Below, in pieces: positions 19,992-30,500 of a stretch of DNA of 64,000 nt. The stretch is from positions 36,973-100,972 of the forward strand of contig CAWDWO010000007.1 in NCBI GenBank assembly GCA_963806035.1. Reading direction: 5' to 3'. The position numbers were made by a program, and so were the translations under genes. The DNA is from Candidatus Krumholzibacteriota bacterium. Lineage in GTDB: Bacteria; Krumholzibacteriota; Krumholzibacteriia; JAJRXK01. Every line of letters starts with the position of its first letter. Within the stretch, counting starts at the first letter, position 1. The notes beneath the pieces are model-generated. The model made no database searches. It was not told where the DNA came from and was given only the letters and a program-made list of their open reading frames with translations.

Positions 19992-22527
19992 TTAGTTAGG
20001 TATTTTTCCCGTTCCGGTGTCCACGGGCTCCATTCCCGGCTCCTGCGACACTGGCGGCTGCTCTTCATCCGTGTGCAAGCTTTGGTCCAAGCCATCGCCG
20101 TGATCGGTCTGATTCTCCAAAGGGGCCCCCTTCTGGGGATTCAGCCCGCGGCGCCGCAGATAGAGGCGCCGTTTGGACTCGTTGCTGAGGTCCAGGCGCA
20201 CCAGCTCGTCGTAGACGATCTTGGCATTGGCCTCGTGACCCAGCTCGCAGAGGTGATCGGCCAGGCGTTTGGCACCCAGGCCTGGATCCTTTCGCACCAG
20301 CTCCAGAATCGCCTCGCGCCCTTCGACGGTGAGGCGCCGCATTCCGGACTGCGAGGCCCGGCCCGCGAGGGCCTCCTCTCCCCCGCGTTCTCTCATCCGT
20401 CGCCAGCGGTAGAAGGTGGAAACGGAGGTGCCGTAGCTCTGGCAGGCCTCCTCGATGCTCATCCCCTCGAGTTCCACCATGTCCAGCAAGCGCTGCCGGC
20501 GCTCGATCTCCAGCGAGGCCGGCCGCAACTTCTCCTTCACCGCCACCACCGTGATGTCGTCGTTTTGCGCGTTGCCTCCGGTGAAGGCCGCGATGTCCTC
20601 GTTGAACGCGGCGATGAATTCCTCCGCCGTCCGTCCCGCATTCTTGCGCACACACTCGATGAGGCGCTGCTCGCCGTACTGCTCACGTGCCGCATTCATC
20701 GCTTCGGTCACGCCATCGGTGTAGATGAGAAGCAGATCGTCCTGTTGCAGCTGGACCTTCTCCACTTCGATCGTCTTGGAGAACAGCTCCGGATCAGGCA
20801 GCGAAATCCCCACCGGGAACCCGGCTGGATTCAAGAAGAAGACCTCATCGGTTTCGATGCGATACAAGAGCATCGGATTGTGACCGGCCGAGGAGTAGCT
20901 GATCACGCGATTGCGCGAATCGAGGATGATGTAGAACAGGGTGATGAACATCCCGCGGCGCATGTCCTCGGTAATGAAAGTGTTGACGCGGCTCATCACG
21001 TCGCTGGCCGAGTGATTTCCCCTCGCCTCCATGCGCATGGCGGTGCGGATCATCGTCATCACCAGACTGCCCGGGATTCCCTTGCCCGAGACGTCCGCGA
21101 CCACGATTCCCACCGTGTCCTCGTCCACCGCGAAGAAGTCGTAATAGTCGCCGCCGACCTCCGCTGCCGCGCGGTACATCGCTGCGATCTCGTAACCGGA
21201 GAGATCCGGCATCGCGGTCGGCAACAGGGTGTGTTGAATCTCCCGCGCGAGCTGCATTTCCTTCTGGAGTCGTTCCTGCTCGACCAAATGCGATTGTGCG
21301 TGACGGAACTTGGATGCAATTTCGTTGAACGCGGCCGCGATCGTGGAAATCTCCTCGGGACCGTGCACCTCGATGTCCTCCTCGAGCACGCCGTCCCCGA
21401 TGGCCAGCACGCCCTCGGTGAGCTGCTGGATGGGGCGTACGAAGAGATTTACCATCACGAGTATGAGCAGAATTCCCACCACCAGGATGATCAGCCCGAT
21501 TCCCATGGCGTGCAAAAGCGCCGCGCGATAGTGCTGCTCCAGGTCCGAGGTCTTCAGTCCCAGCACCACTCGACCCAATTCGACCCTCTTCCCGGATGGC
21601 CCTTCGATGTCCACCGGATAATTCAGCTGCAACACTCGTCCCGAGTCGAATTGGATGCGCGTCCATTCTCCCGCGTTCTTTCCATGATCGATGAGCCGGC
21701 CTGGCTCGGGATGCCAAGAATTGAAGAGATTGTCCAGGACGCTGTCGGCCCAAATGCTGCCGTCTTTCCCGTGCACTACTCGAGCGAAGGCGATGGTGGA
21801 ATCGTGACGCGCAAGTTCGCTGACGCCCTGTTGCAGAAGCGTCCGTTCCACCGAATAGGGATCGCTGCTCGCGAGCACGCTCCTGGACTGCACCGCCAGA
21901 TCACGCGCGAGCGCCTCAATCCGACTGAGGTCTTGATCGAAGATGGCCTGCCGCTGTCGAAAGTGCACGACCGAGAGGGCGAGGATCACCAGGAGTGCCA
22001 GCCCGAAGGAGGCGCGCAGGGTGAAGCGCATTCTCAAACTGCGGTGCAGAGCGGAGAACTGAATACCTGGAATCCAGCGATCGATGGACGGACGCCGATC
22101 CATGCACATCCGGAGTTCGTTGCTTCCGTCGACGGTCGTGTAGTCCACCTCGTCCATGATCCGATTGATGAGGTAGATTCCGAGCCCGCCGCGCTTCCCG
22201 ATCGCCACGTAGTGGTCCAGGTCCGGGACTGCAACCGAGCCAAAGTCGAAGGACTCACCGGTATCCTTCAGGATGATCTCCACCTGACCGGCGAAGTACC
22301 TTACCCGGATGGTGATCTCGCCACCCTGATTGTGATAGGAATGCTGGATGATGTTCGTACAGGCTTCGTCCACCGCGAGCTTGAAATTGGCGGTGTCCGC
22401 CGGATCGAATCCGGCCTGCATGCAGATGCGTGCCACGAAATCGCGTACCTGAGCCAGGTGGCTCTCGCGGGCCTCGATGACGAGCTCCGCCCTCTTGATC
22501 CGGCCGCCGATCACTTGGGTCCGTCCT
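19992..22527 (-). CDS. Membrane sensor fusing an RsbW-like HATPase serine kinase, periplasmic domain, HAMP, a PP2C (SpoIIE/RsbU-like) phosphatase and a C-terminal transposase-type HTH
   Basis: N-terminal GHKL anti-sigma kinase motifs (VDEACTNIIQHSY...GGLGIYLI). TM1 ASFGLALLVILALSVV, a ~170 aa loop, then TM2 AMGIGLIILVVGILLILVMV. A HAMP linker precedes a PP2C domain (GGDYYDFF..VADVSGKGIPGSL...YTDGVTEA). The C-terminal MSIEEACQSYGTSVSTFYRWRRMRERGGEEAL matches the IS630/IS481-OrfA type HTH. I set the start at the GTG near 22527; the ORF-track start at 22814 overlaps the upstream gene and looks like read-through. Confidence 0.75.
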
Positions 22528-24526
22528 TCTCGCCGGCGCCCTGCTCGAGGCGGTCGATCCGTGCCTTGGCCTCTGCAATGTTGTTCTGAGCGCCCTGGTT
22601 TCCGGGATCGATCTTCAAAATCTGCTCCCACTGTCGAATCGCTTCTTCGTAGTTGCCATCGGTGAAGGAACGGAGGCCCGCCAGGTAGTACTGGCGCACC
22701 TGCTTCTCCTCGCTCGGGCTGAGGCTGGCCGGTCCCGACCTGCGGTGGGCGATCTGGTCGAGAAGCGCCAAGGCTTGCGCATGCTTGGGCTCCCGCTTCA
22801 AAACCTCGCGGCAAAGCGCTTCAGCCTGGTCCAGCTCGCCTTTCGAGAACGCCTCGAGCGCTTCGGTGAAGCGGCGCTCCTGTGCCAGCTCCCCGCGGGC
22901 GCGTTCGGCGTCGGCCTGCGCTTGCTCGCTCTCATGGCGAGCGGCATCCAACTCCGCCTTCCAGCGCTTCAGGGCCGCGGCGGGAGCAGGATTATCCGGG
23001 TCGAGAGAGGCTACGACGCTCCAGGCATTCAATGCGGATTCCCAGTCGCCTGCCTCCTCCGCCGCGGTGGCTCGTGAGGATGCGCTTGCCATCGCGCTGG
23101 CCTCGAGGTCCTCCACCTGCTGACGGAGACGCGGCAGCATGGGATAGTCCGCAGCGAGATCGCCCAGAGCGTTCAATTCCGCTCGCGCTTTCAGCGCATC
23201 GTGTTGGTCCAGCGCGGCCCGGAGTTGATTTTCGGTGTCTTCGATCCGGAGCGTGCGCCGCTGCTCGTCGGCCTTTTGCTGCGTGACGCGCTTTTCCAGC
23301 TGCTGCAGGCTTGCCAGCTGGGTCCTCAGAGAATCATCGGCCACACCAAGACTGCGGGCCCGCGCCAGGCTCTTCTGCGCGTCCTGGAGCGAATCCCGGC
23401 TGAGCGCATCCTGGAAATCCTGCACCGCACTCGTGATTTGGGCCTTGCGCCAGTTCTCCACGGCTTCCATGCGCGCCTGCATCAACTCTTTGGCCCGCAG
23501 TTCGTCGCGGTGACGGCGCCGATCCTTCATGTCCTGGCCGAAGTACCAGGAGAGGCTCAAGAACTGGGATGATCCCAATTCTCCGCCCGAACGAAACGCA
23601 TAGTCCACGGAGTAGTCCCGCCAGCGTCCACCCAGACCGGCGTTGAAATGGCCATCGTCGTAGCTGAGACGCAGGGTGTAGAGTCCTTGGTACTCGGCTT
23701 CCGCGCCCAGTCCGAGACGCTTGGCGGCGTACTGTGGTTTGTCGTAGACCGCGGCCAACTGGAGAGCCGTGTTCTCGCTGAATTCATGCCGTTTGCTCAG
23801 GGCAAAGCGCTGCGCATAGGGCAGCGTGTCTTCGCGCTCGATGAGCCTGAAGCTCGGTGCGATCAGATTCTGGTATACAAAGGAGAGCCGGACTCCCCCG
23901 AGACGCGGAGGGACCCAGGCCAGGCCCAAGTCCATGCCACCGCTGGTGCTCTTCTCTTCCAGATCCAGGCTGTGGATCTTGGCGCTCGTGCCCAAATCGA
24001 GCCTGCCGCCGAGGTACGGCAGCCTTCCCCCATATCCGTAACTCAAGAAAAGCTGTGTCTCTCCGTAGCTGATGCTTCCGGTGGGTCGGCTGGTACTGTC
24101 GTAGGTTTCGATGTCCCCCAGTTTGAGCCGCAGGAAGCCGATGCCGAAGCCTCCGGCGTTCAGAGTAGGATAGGCGAGTCCCAAGTAGCCGTAGGAGGCT
24201 CCGCCATCGAGACCGTAAAGACGGTTGTAGCTGAAGGTGAGCTGTGATCCTCGAGCATGGGGCAAGAGTGCCGGGTTCCAGAAGCAGGCGCTGGCATCAT
24301 CGGCCAGGCCCACCATCGTCGATCCCAAACCCACTCCGCGCGCGGTAGGACCGAGCTTGAAAATAGACTCGGTGCCTCCACCGTCGTCCGCGGCTCGGGC
24401 CAATCCCGCAGGGAAGAAGCACATGAGCAGAAGCAGCAGAAGGGCAGAAGCCGCGGCTCCGCGCGCGTTCTCACAGCGCGAAGTGTGCCTCGAGGTGGGC
24501 ACGAAGTTCGGATAGCCGCGCCTCAT
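22511..24526 (-). CDS. PorV-like (UPF0164/T9SS shuttle-type) outer-membrane beta-barrel with C-terminal coiled-coil/TPR extension
   Basis: Signal peptide ALLLLLLMCFFPAGLARA. The N-terminal motif GARGVGLGSTMVGLADDASACFWNPALL matches the PorV family consensus G.GGA.VA..DDASA..WNPAGL. The ~340 aa barrel region is Gly/Tyr-rich. The C-terminal ~330 aa is charged coiled-coil plus TPR-like repeats (YYLAGLRSFTDGNYEEAIRQWEQILKIDPGN). The start was chosen to give an ATGA overlap with the adhesin stop at 24523-24526. Confidence 0.6.
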   Translation of the reverse strand: MRRGYPNFVPTSRHTSRCENARGAAASALLLLLLMCFFPAGLARAADDGGGTESIFKLGPTARGVGLGSTMVGLADDASACFWNPALLPHARGSQLTFSYNRLYGLDGGASYGYLGLAYPTLNAGGFGIGFLRLKLGDIETYDSTSRPTGSISYGETQLFLSYGYGGRLPYLGGRLDLGTSAKIHSLDLEEKSTSGGMDLGLAWVPPRLGGVRLSFVYQNLIAPSFRLIEREDTLPYAQRFALSKRHEFSENTALQLAAVYDKPQYAAKRLGLGAEAEYQGLYTLRLSYDDGHFNAGLGGRWRDYSVDYAFRSGGELGSSQFLSLSWYFGQDMKDRRRHRDELRAKELMQARMEAVENWRKAQITSAVQDFQDALSRDSLQDAQKSLARARSLGVADDSLRTQLASLQQLEKRVTQQKADEQRRTLRIEDTENQLRAALDQHDALKARAELNALGDLAADYPMLPRLRQQVEDLEASAMASASSRATAAEEAGDWESALNAWSVVASLDPDNPAPAAALKRWKAELDAARHESEQAQADAERARGELAQERRFTEALEAFSKGELDQAEALCREVLKREPKHAQALALLDQIAHRRSGPASLSPSEEKQVRQYYLAGLRSFTDGNYEEAIRQWEQILKIDPGNQGAQNNIAEAKARIDRLEQGAGEKDGPK

Positions 24527-27500
24527 CGTGTCACCGCGATTCTGAAGTAGATCTCCCCGCCGGCCGCACGCACACGACAGATGTAGACCCCGTTCCGCAC
24601 CTCTTGACCGAGACCGTTGCGCCCGTCCCACAGCACATCACCGTCATGAATTCCAGGCTCCGCTTGCGAACTCCCGGCGGCAAAGCTCCACTGGCGAACT
24701 CGCTTTCCCAAAAGATCGAAAATCTCGATCTCGACCGGACCGCTCTGAGGGAGTGAATACGAGAGAGTGGCGGGCTCTCGACTCGGAACGAAGGGATTGG
24801 GATAGCTGTGAGCATCGAACTCGGAAGACGCCTTCGCCGTGACACTCGGACCGGCCAGGATGAGCGAGTGGCCGCCCCCCTCTTCGTCGAGTAAGGCATA
24901 GCTGAGCGCAAATCCCCCGGAGTCCAGGATGGAAGCGCTGCCGCCGTCCAACGCAAAACGGAAGGAGACATAGTCCGCATCGGCCTTGGCCTGCACCCCG
25001 ACGCGGAACGCGGCCGAGCTGTCCGAATCGATGACGAGGTCCACGGGAACGATCACGGGATTACCATTGACCGCCGCGCTCCAGTTCTGAGTGCCGTCGG
25101 TACGCCGCACCTGAATCGTCTGCAAGAAGCTCGACGGATTGGCGAAGGGCTGTCCCGCGTCGTCGACCAGGTTCAGCGCGAGCTGGGTGAAGTGCACCGC
25201 TTCGGGGTGACCGTTGCTGATGTGAACGGCAAAGCGCTCGTAGATGCGGTCGCTACCGATCAGCGGGCCGGTGTCGCTCAAGTCGCTGATTTCAAGCCGC
25301 AGTGGATCGGCCAGAATCGATAGCGCGACCGAACTCTCGGCCGTCGCTTCGCCGGCCGGCAATCCGCTGTTCTCGTCTAGGGGGATCTGCTCGGCGGTCA
25401 GAGTGATCTTCTGTACGCCCAGGTCCAAGCTGGTCGGACCCTGTAATCTCCACACGACCTCGTCGCTCGGATCGACGAGATCGACGCTGGCCGTCTTGCC
25501 ATCGAGAATGCTGAAGCCGGAGGGAACCGAAAGGTGCAGCCGTGCTGGCGGTAGGGTTTGCGCACTGCCACTGAGTACAAAATTTCCATGAAGTTCGACG
25601 ACCGCTCCCGGCGGCAGTTCTCCCCGATCGCGGGCACTGTTGGGCTCCAGAATCGTCAGTCGAGGAACGGCATGGGCGGCTTCCACGACCTGAAGATTCA
25701 CGCTCGCGCAGGTATCCGCCAACACGCTGCTGCTCTGCACGTCAGTGGCGTGTGCCACCGTGCGCAGCAGCAGGCCTGCCGCCGGGGTATTCGGGCAGAG
25801 AACCTGCCAGTTCACCGTGGTCTGTCCATCCGTCAGCATCTGACGGGCATTCCCTCCCACCAGCGCCAACTGCGGCGGCAAGAGCAGCTCGAGAGATCGC
25901 TGTTGCAAATTCGCTGGCCCGTCCACTTCTCCCTGCAGGGTGAAGGTCTGTCCCGTACTCAGAACGGTATCCTGAGCGCCCTGGGGCGAAATGATGCTCA
26001 AGCTGCAAGTATCGAAGGCGGTCCCGCCGAAAACCTCGAGCTGCAAAGTGCGGCTGGAGGCGCTGGTGAGCGGCCGCGCATCGGGATCGTTGGCGTCCAG
26101 GTCCACGCGCGAGAGCGCCGCCACCAGGTCGACGGTCTGTACCGTCGAAGGGGCCACGAGTCGAATCGTCGCTTCGGGATTGGAAGGATCGAGCTGAACC
26201 GGAAGAGTGCTTTGGGAGTCCAGAGTGAAACCCTGCAGACTGTTGAAATCGACCTCCACCGGCAACCAGGACCCGGATTGCTGTACGGAAGCATCCTGAT
26301 CCACCGCGAAACGCACGGAAAAAATCTGGCCTGGCGATACGGACATGGCGAGCGGATCGACGCTGTCCACGAGTTCTGCGCGGAAGCTGAGGGAGACTGG
26401 CCGCTGAACCTGAAGATTCGCCAGATCGTCCAGCGGACTCTGGGGCACGATTTCCTGCTGAGTAGTGGAGGACAATGCGCGCACGATCAAAGCCCGCAAG
26501 GACTCCGGTCCTGGAGTGGTCGTGATGCTCGTGTCGAAGTACAGGGTATCGATCTCGCTCGACTCCAGGCGCGGAACCGAAATGTCCGCCGCGCTCGAAG
26601 CGGGCGTCGCGCTTCCAGCCAAACGCACGGTGAGCGAATCGATGGCCTCGCCGGCGTTGTTGCCCACGACGACCCTCACCCCGATGTGCTGGCGGGTGTT
26701 GACTTGACTGAGAGGGGCACTCGGGTTCAGGGCAGTGGTCGAAAGAATGCGCAATCCGGCCGGATCGAAGAGGGTGAGCGTACCGTTCGGCAGAGGCAGA
26801 TCCGAGTCGAAGGGCAAACCGTTCTGTGTGCCTCGCACCCGCAGGTAACCCTGCGGGGTGCCCAAAATTAGATCCGAGGGCAAGGCCAGAGGGGAGAAGG
26901 CGAGCTGGGTGGTGCCCGTGGGCACGCTCGCCGGCGAAAGCGGATCGAGCACCGCCCCGATGCGCGCGCCCTGAGGCTCGCCGAAGTCAAGACGTGTCGT
27001 GAGGGGATCGAGTACGAGCTGTGCCTCTCCCTGGTTCGTCAGCGAGAGTTTGAACCCGACCGTCGATCCACGCAGGGCCGCGGCTGGATCGAGAGGCGTG
27101 GCAGCGAGGACCAGATCAGCCGGCGTTTCGGTGCTGATCGCGTCGACCTGAATGAGATCCGCGGAGAAGGGGAAGCTGTTCTCCGTGCCTGCCAGGTGCA
27201 GCTGTAGGTCCTGGCTCTGGCTCCCCAGGGCCGCATCCACCGTGGTGGGACCGAAGCTCAGCTCGGCTTCCTGGCCGGGTGCGAGAGCCAGAGAGCTGCT
27301 CAAGGCGCCGCTCCAGAGCCCGCCTCCAAAGCTCGCGAAGGAACTGGCCGCGTTCAGGGAAACCGTGGCGCCACCGTTGTTCTTGACCCGTGCCTTCAAG
27401 AGTAGATTGGCCCCGTGGTGGATTCGAGACGGGGTCACGCTTTTGTCGACCAGCTCGAGCTGTGATGCGCTGCTCACGCTGAGCGGCGTGGCCGAGGAGT

Positions 27501-30500
27501 CCGCAGGTGCCGTGAACTCGGCCCCTGCTACCGTCCCCGTGACGCGCGCCACGAAGCGGTAGTTCCCCGGCGGGGTGGCACTCCCCACTCTGACTCGCGA
27601 AGAGAGATCACGCTGACCACCGGCCGCGACTGCTCCCAAGGGGTCCTGATCGACCAGGGTGAAATCCGCCGCCGGTGAGGACTGCAATGCCAGCTGCGAG
27701 ATTCCGACGGAACCCGCGCCGAGGTTTTCCACCGTGACGCGAACGTTGAGAGTATCCCCCGGTACCGCCTGCGTCTCGTGACTCACCGAGCGAATGGCAA
27801 GGCCGCTGACCAGAAACGAGCCCTGCGGAAGCACGATGAAGCTCGAAACTGCTTGCCCGTGCGTGTCCTGCCCCGCCAGTTGCAGCGTGGGCCGGAACGA
27901 GCCCAGAGCGAAACTCGCGGGGAGGGTCGCCGTGCTGAAATTGAGGACTTGGCTCGACGAGGCCGGCACCACGGTATCGCTGGGGAGCGAGGCGGCGAGG
28001 ACCCCTCCCTGTCCATCCTCGATCTTCAGTTGCGAGAGTCCAGCGTCCAGGATTGCGTCGACGCCCCCGGTATTCTGTAGCGTGATGCTGAAGTTTAGAT
28101 TCTGCCCCGGCACCGCGGCCGCGGGAGTGAGCGCGCCATCGAGCGCCAGTGAGGCAGGCGACACGAAGATCGCGTCCGCGCTGCCCATGGCGGCCGCGCT
28201 CGCGAAGGAGACGGTGACCGTTCCGGCAGTGAGAGGAGACGCCAGCCGCAGGCCCACCATTCCCGATCCGTCGCTCAGCCTTTGAATCCCGCTGCGCTGG
28301 GGATCGAGATCGTCGGAGATGATCGCTCCTCCGTTTGCGCTCACGTCCACTGAGCTTCCCGCCGCCACCACGTTTCCGAATGCGTCGCGAATCGGTCCCG
28401 CGCTCAGCCGCGTCACCGAGACCCCATTGGCCGTGTTCTCGCTCGGATCCACGATGGGCACCGGAATCGTTCCCGAGGGCGAAGCGGGAACCACCAAGAG
28501 ATTGTTCAGACTGCCCCCAACCGCGGGCAGGGCGGCCAGGCTCACGTCCAGGGTCAAGGGACCGGCCTGCTGGGCGCTGAGATCCACCGTGGCTTTCCCC
28601 GCCACCAGCGAAGCCGGAGAAGGTGTCACGCTCAGCACGGATGGACTCGAGTTGAACGCCAGCTCGCCCGCCAGGTCGACCTCGTTGCCCGCGGAGTCCC
28701 TGGCGACGATCGTGAGAGAGTTGGGAGTTCCCGCGGTGAGAAGCGTGTCGCTGATCGAAAGCTCGAGATGGTCCGCGGAGCCTGGCAGAGCCTCTACCGT
28801 CCAGCGAACGGTCTCCAGCGAGCCGGGCGTGCCGTCCAGGATGGAGGCGCCGACCCGGTGCTCTCCGCTGCTCGTGGAAAGATGGAGTACAAAGGACAGC
28901 TCTCCGTTGGCATCGGTCGAAGCGAGACCATCATCCGTGGGTACGCTGGGGTCTTCCAGACTCGCTCCCGAAGGAGCGCTCAAGAGACTCAGACGCACGG
29001 GAACCCCACTGACCGCATTGCCATAGCTGTCGGCGACTCGCGCGAGCAGCGTGACCGTCGTTCCGGCCGGCGCGCTCTGCAGCGTGTCACCCACGGCGCT
29101 GAGCCGGAAGGCGGCGCCCGCCGACACTTCGATCAAAGGGCTCTGGGCGTTGATTGAAGGCTGCGATTTCAGGCTTGCCGTGACGGAAAACTGCTCCACC
29201 AGGGTGTCCCGCGCACTGGCCGAGAGAAGGCCCGCGTTCAGCGCGCCTTCAGAGGGAGTCAGGACGATTCCGGTTCCGGTGGAACTCAGCTCGACGGAGT
29301 CCGCTGCCGCCAGCACCCGGTTGCCCGCTGCATCGAGGGCGGTGATCGTCAGGGGAAGAGCCTGACCCGCTATCACGCTGGTCTGCGAGGGAAGCACGGC
29401 GAGCGAGGCAATGGGTCCGGCCACGGTATTCACCACGAAAAGGACCGTCTCCCGCGCGACGGGACTGCCATCCAGAATTCCCACTCGCAGGCGCAGGGTC
29501 TGCACCGTCGAGTCGGTGAGTACAGTGAAAGTCGCATGGCCGTTGGCGTCGCTGCTTGCGGGGCCGGCCTGGAGTGTGCCTCCCTCCAGCTGCAGGACAT
29601 TCAGCGTCTGGTTGCCAACTGAGTTGCCCAAGGCATCCAGCACCTGCACCCCGAGGTCCACGCTCGAACCCGCGGTCACGCCGGACAGGGTATCCGCGCC
29701 CGTGCTCACCAGTTCGTAGGCACTGCCCGAGCCCACACTCAGAAGCGGACCCAGATAGCCCTTGCCCTTGGCGCTGAGACGAATGTGATAGCTTCCCGCG
29801 GTGTCGATGCGCTGCAGGGAAGTCGAAAAGCTTCCCCCGATGAGCTGACCCTCAGAGACGTTGAGCGGAAGCGGGACCACCACGGTGCTGTCCGCACCGT
29901 CGACCAGGTCGAAGGAAAAGCTGTCTGATGCGGCGCTGGCCAAATTTCCAAAGGCGTCGTACGCCGTTGCACTCAAGGAGAAGGGGGCTCCCGCGGTCGC
30001 GGTCGCGGGATAGGCGAGCTGATACTCAGCCACCATCGTGCCGGCCAAGATTTGCAGGCTCCCGCTATCTCCGTCCAAGAGCGCCGCCGAATCGTCCGCG
30101 CTGAAGGCGTGCGTACCGGCCAAACTTCCCTGGTAGTAGACCGTGGCCTGTCCGCTGACCGCGAGGTTCAGCGTATCGAGATACGGTCCGCCGCTCTGCG
30201 CCGAGAAAACCAGACCGGTCGCGGGATCTGCGTGCACGATGACGGTGGCCGAAGAGCTCGAACTCAGATTGGCGAAGCTATCCACCAGCGACAGCCCGAA
30301 GCTGCCTTCGACTCCAGCCTCGACCGCGCCCGCGGGCGGGGAGAGCCGAATCGCGCTCGCGTTCCCCACTACCGAGCTATAGACGAGATCGTTGACCGCG
30401 CCCGAGGAGACTTGACTCGAGCTAGCATCCAGAACGTCCTGAAGTCCGGCCGTGGAGGGCGCGCGGTACATCACGTGGATCAGCCCGTTCCCATCGGTCA

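Noticed and set aside
20230-20500. Transposase-type HTH taken as evidence of an insertion sequence
   Set aside because: No DDE or other transposase catalytic domain, no terminal inverted repeats and no target-site duplication are present. The HTH is in-frame with the PP2C domain, so it is a domesticated domain fusion rather than a mobile element.
22511-22527. ORF-track N-terminal extension of the sensor gene (to 22814), overlapping the PorV-like gene by ~300 nt
   Set aside because: The extended N-terminus is Arg/Gly/Pro-rich and overlaps a supported gene. The GTG at ~22527 gives a compact 17-nt overlap and starts right before the GHKL kinase domain.
20073-22589. 838-aa plus-strand ORF
   Set aside because: It is entirely antisense to the PP2C/kinase sensor gene. 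It has no motifs and is rich in His/Arg/Gly/Asp, typical of shadow ORFs.
25558-26871. 437-aa plus-strand ORF inside the giant adhesin gene
   Set aside because: Antisense shadow ORF of a clearly coding repeat protein. Similar long plus-strand ORFs at 30961-32043, 32950-34521, 34543-35544, 41404-43023, 44604-46184, 51583-53691, 56540-58198 and 61794-63101 were rejected for the same reason.
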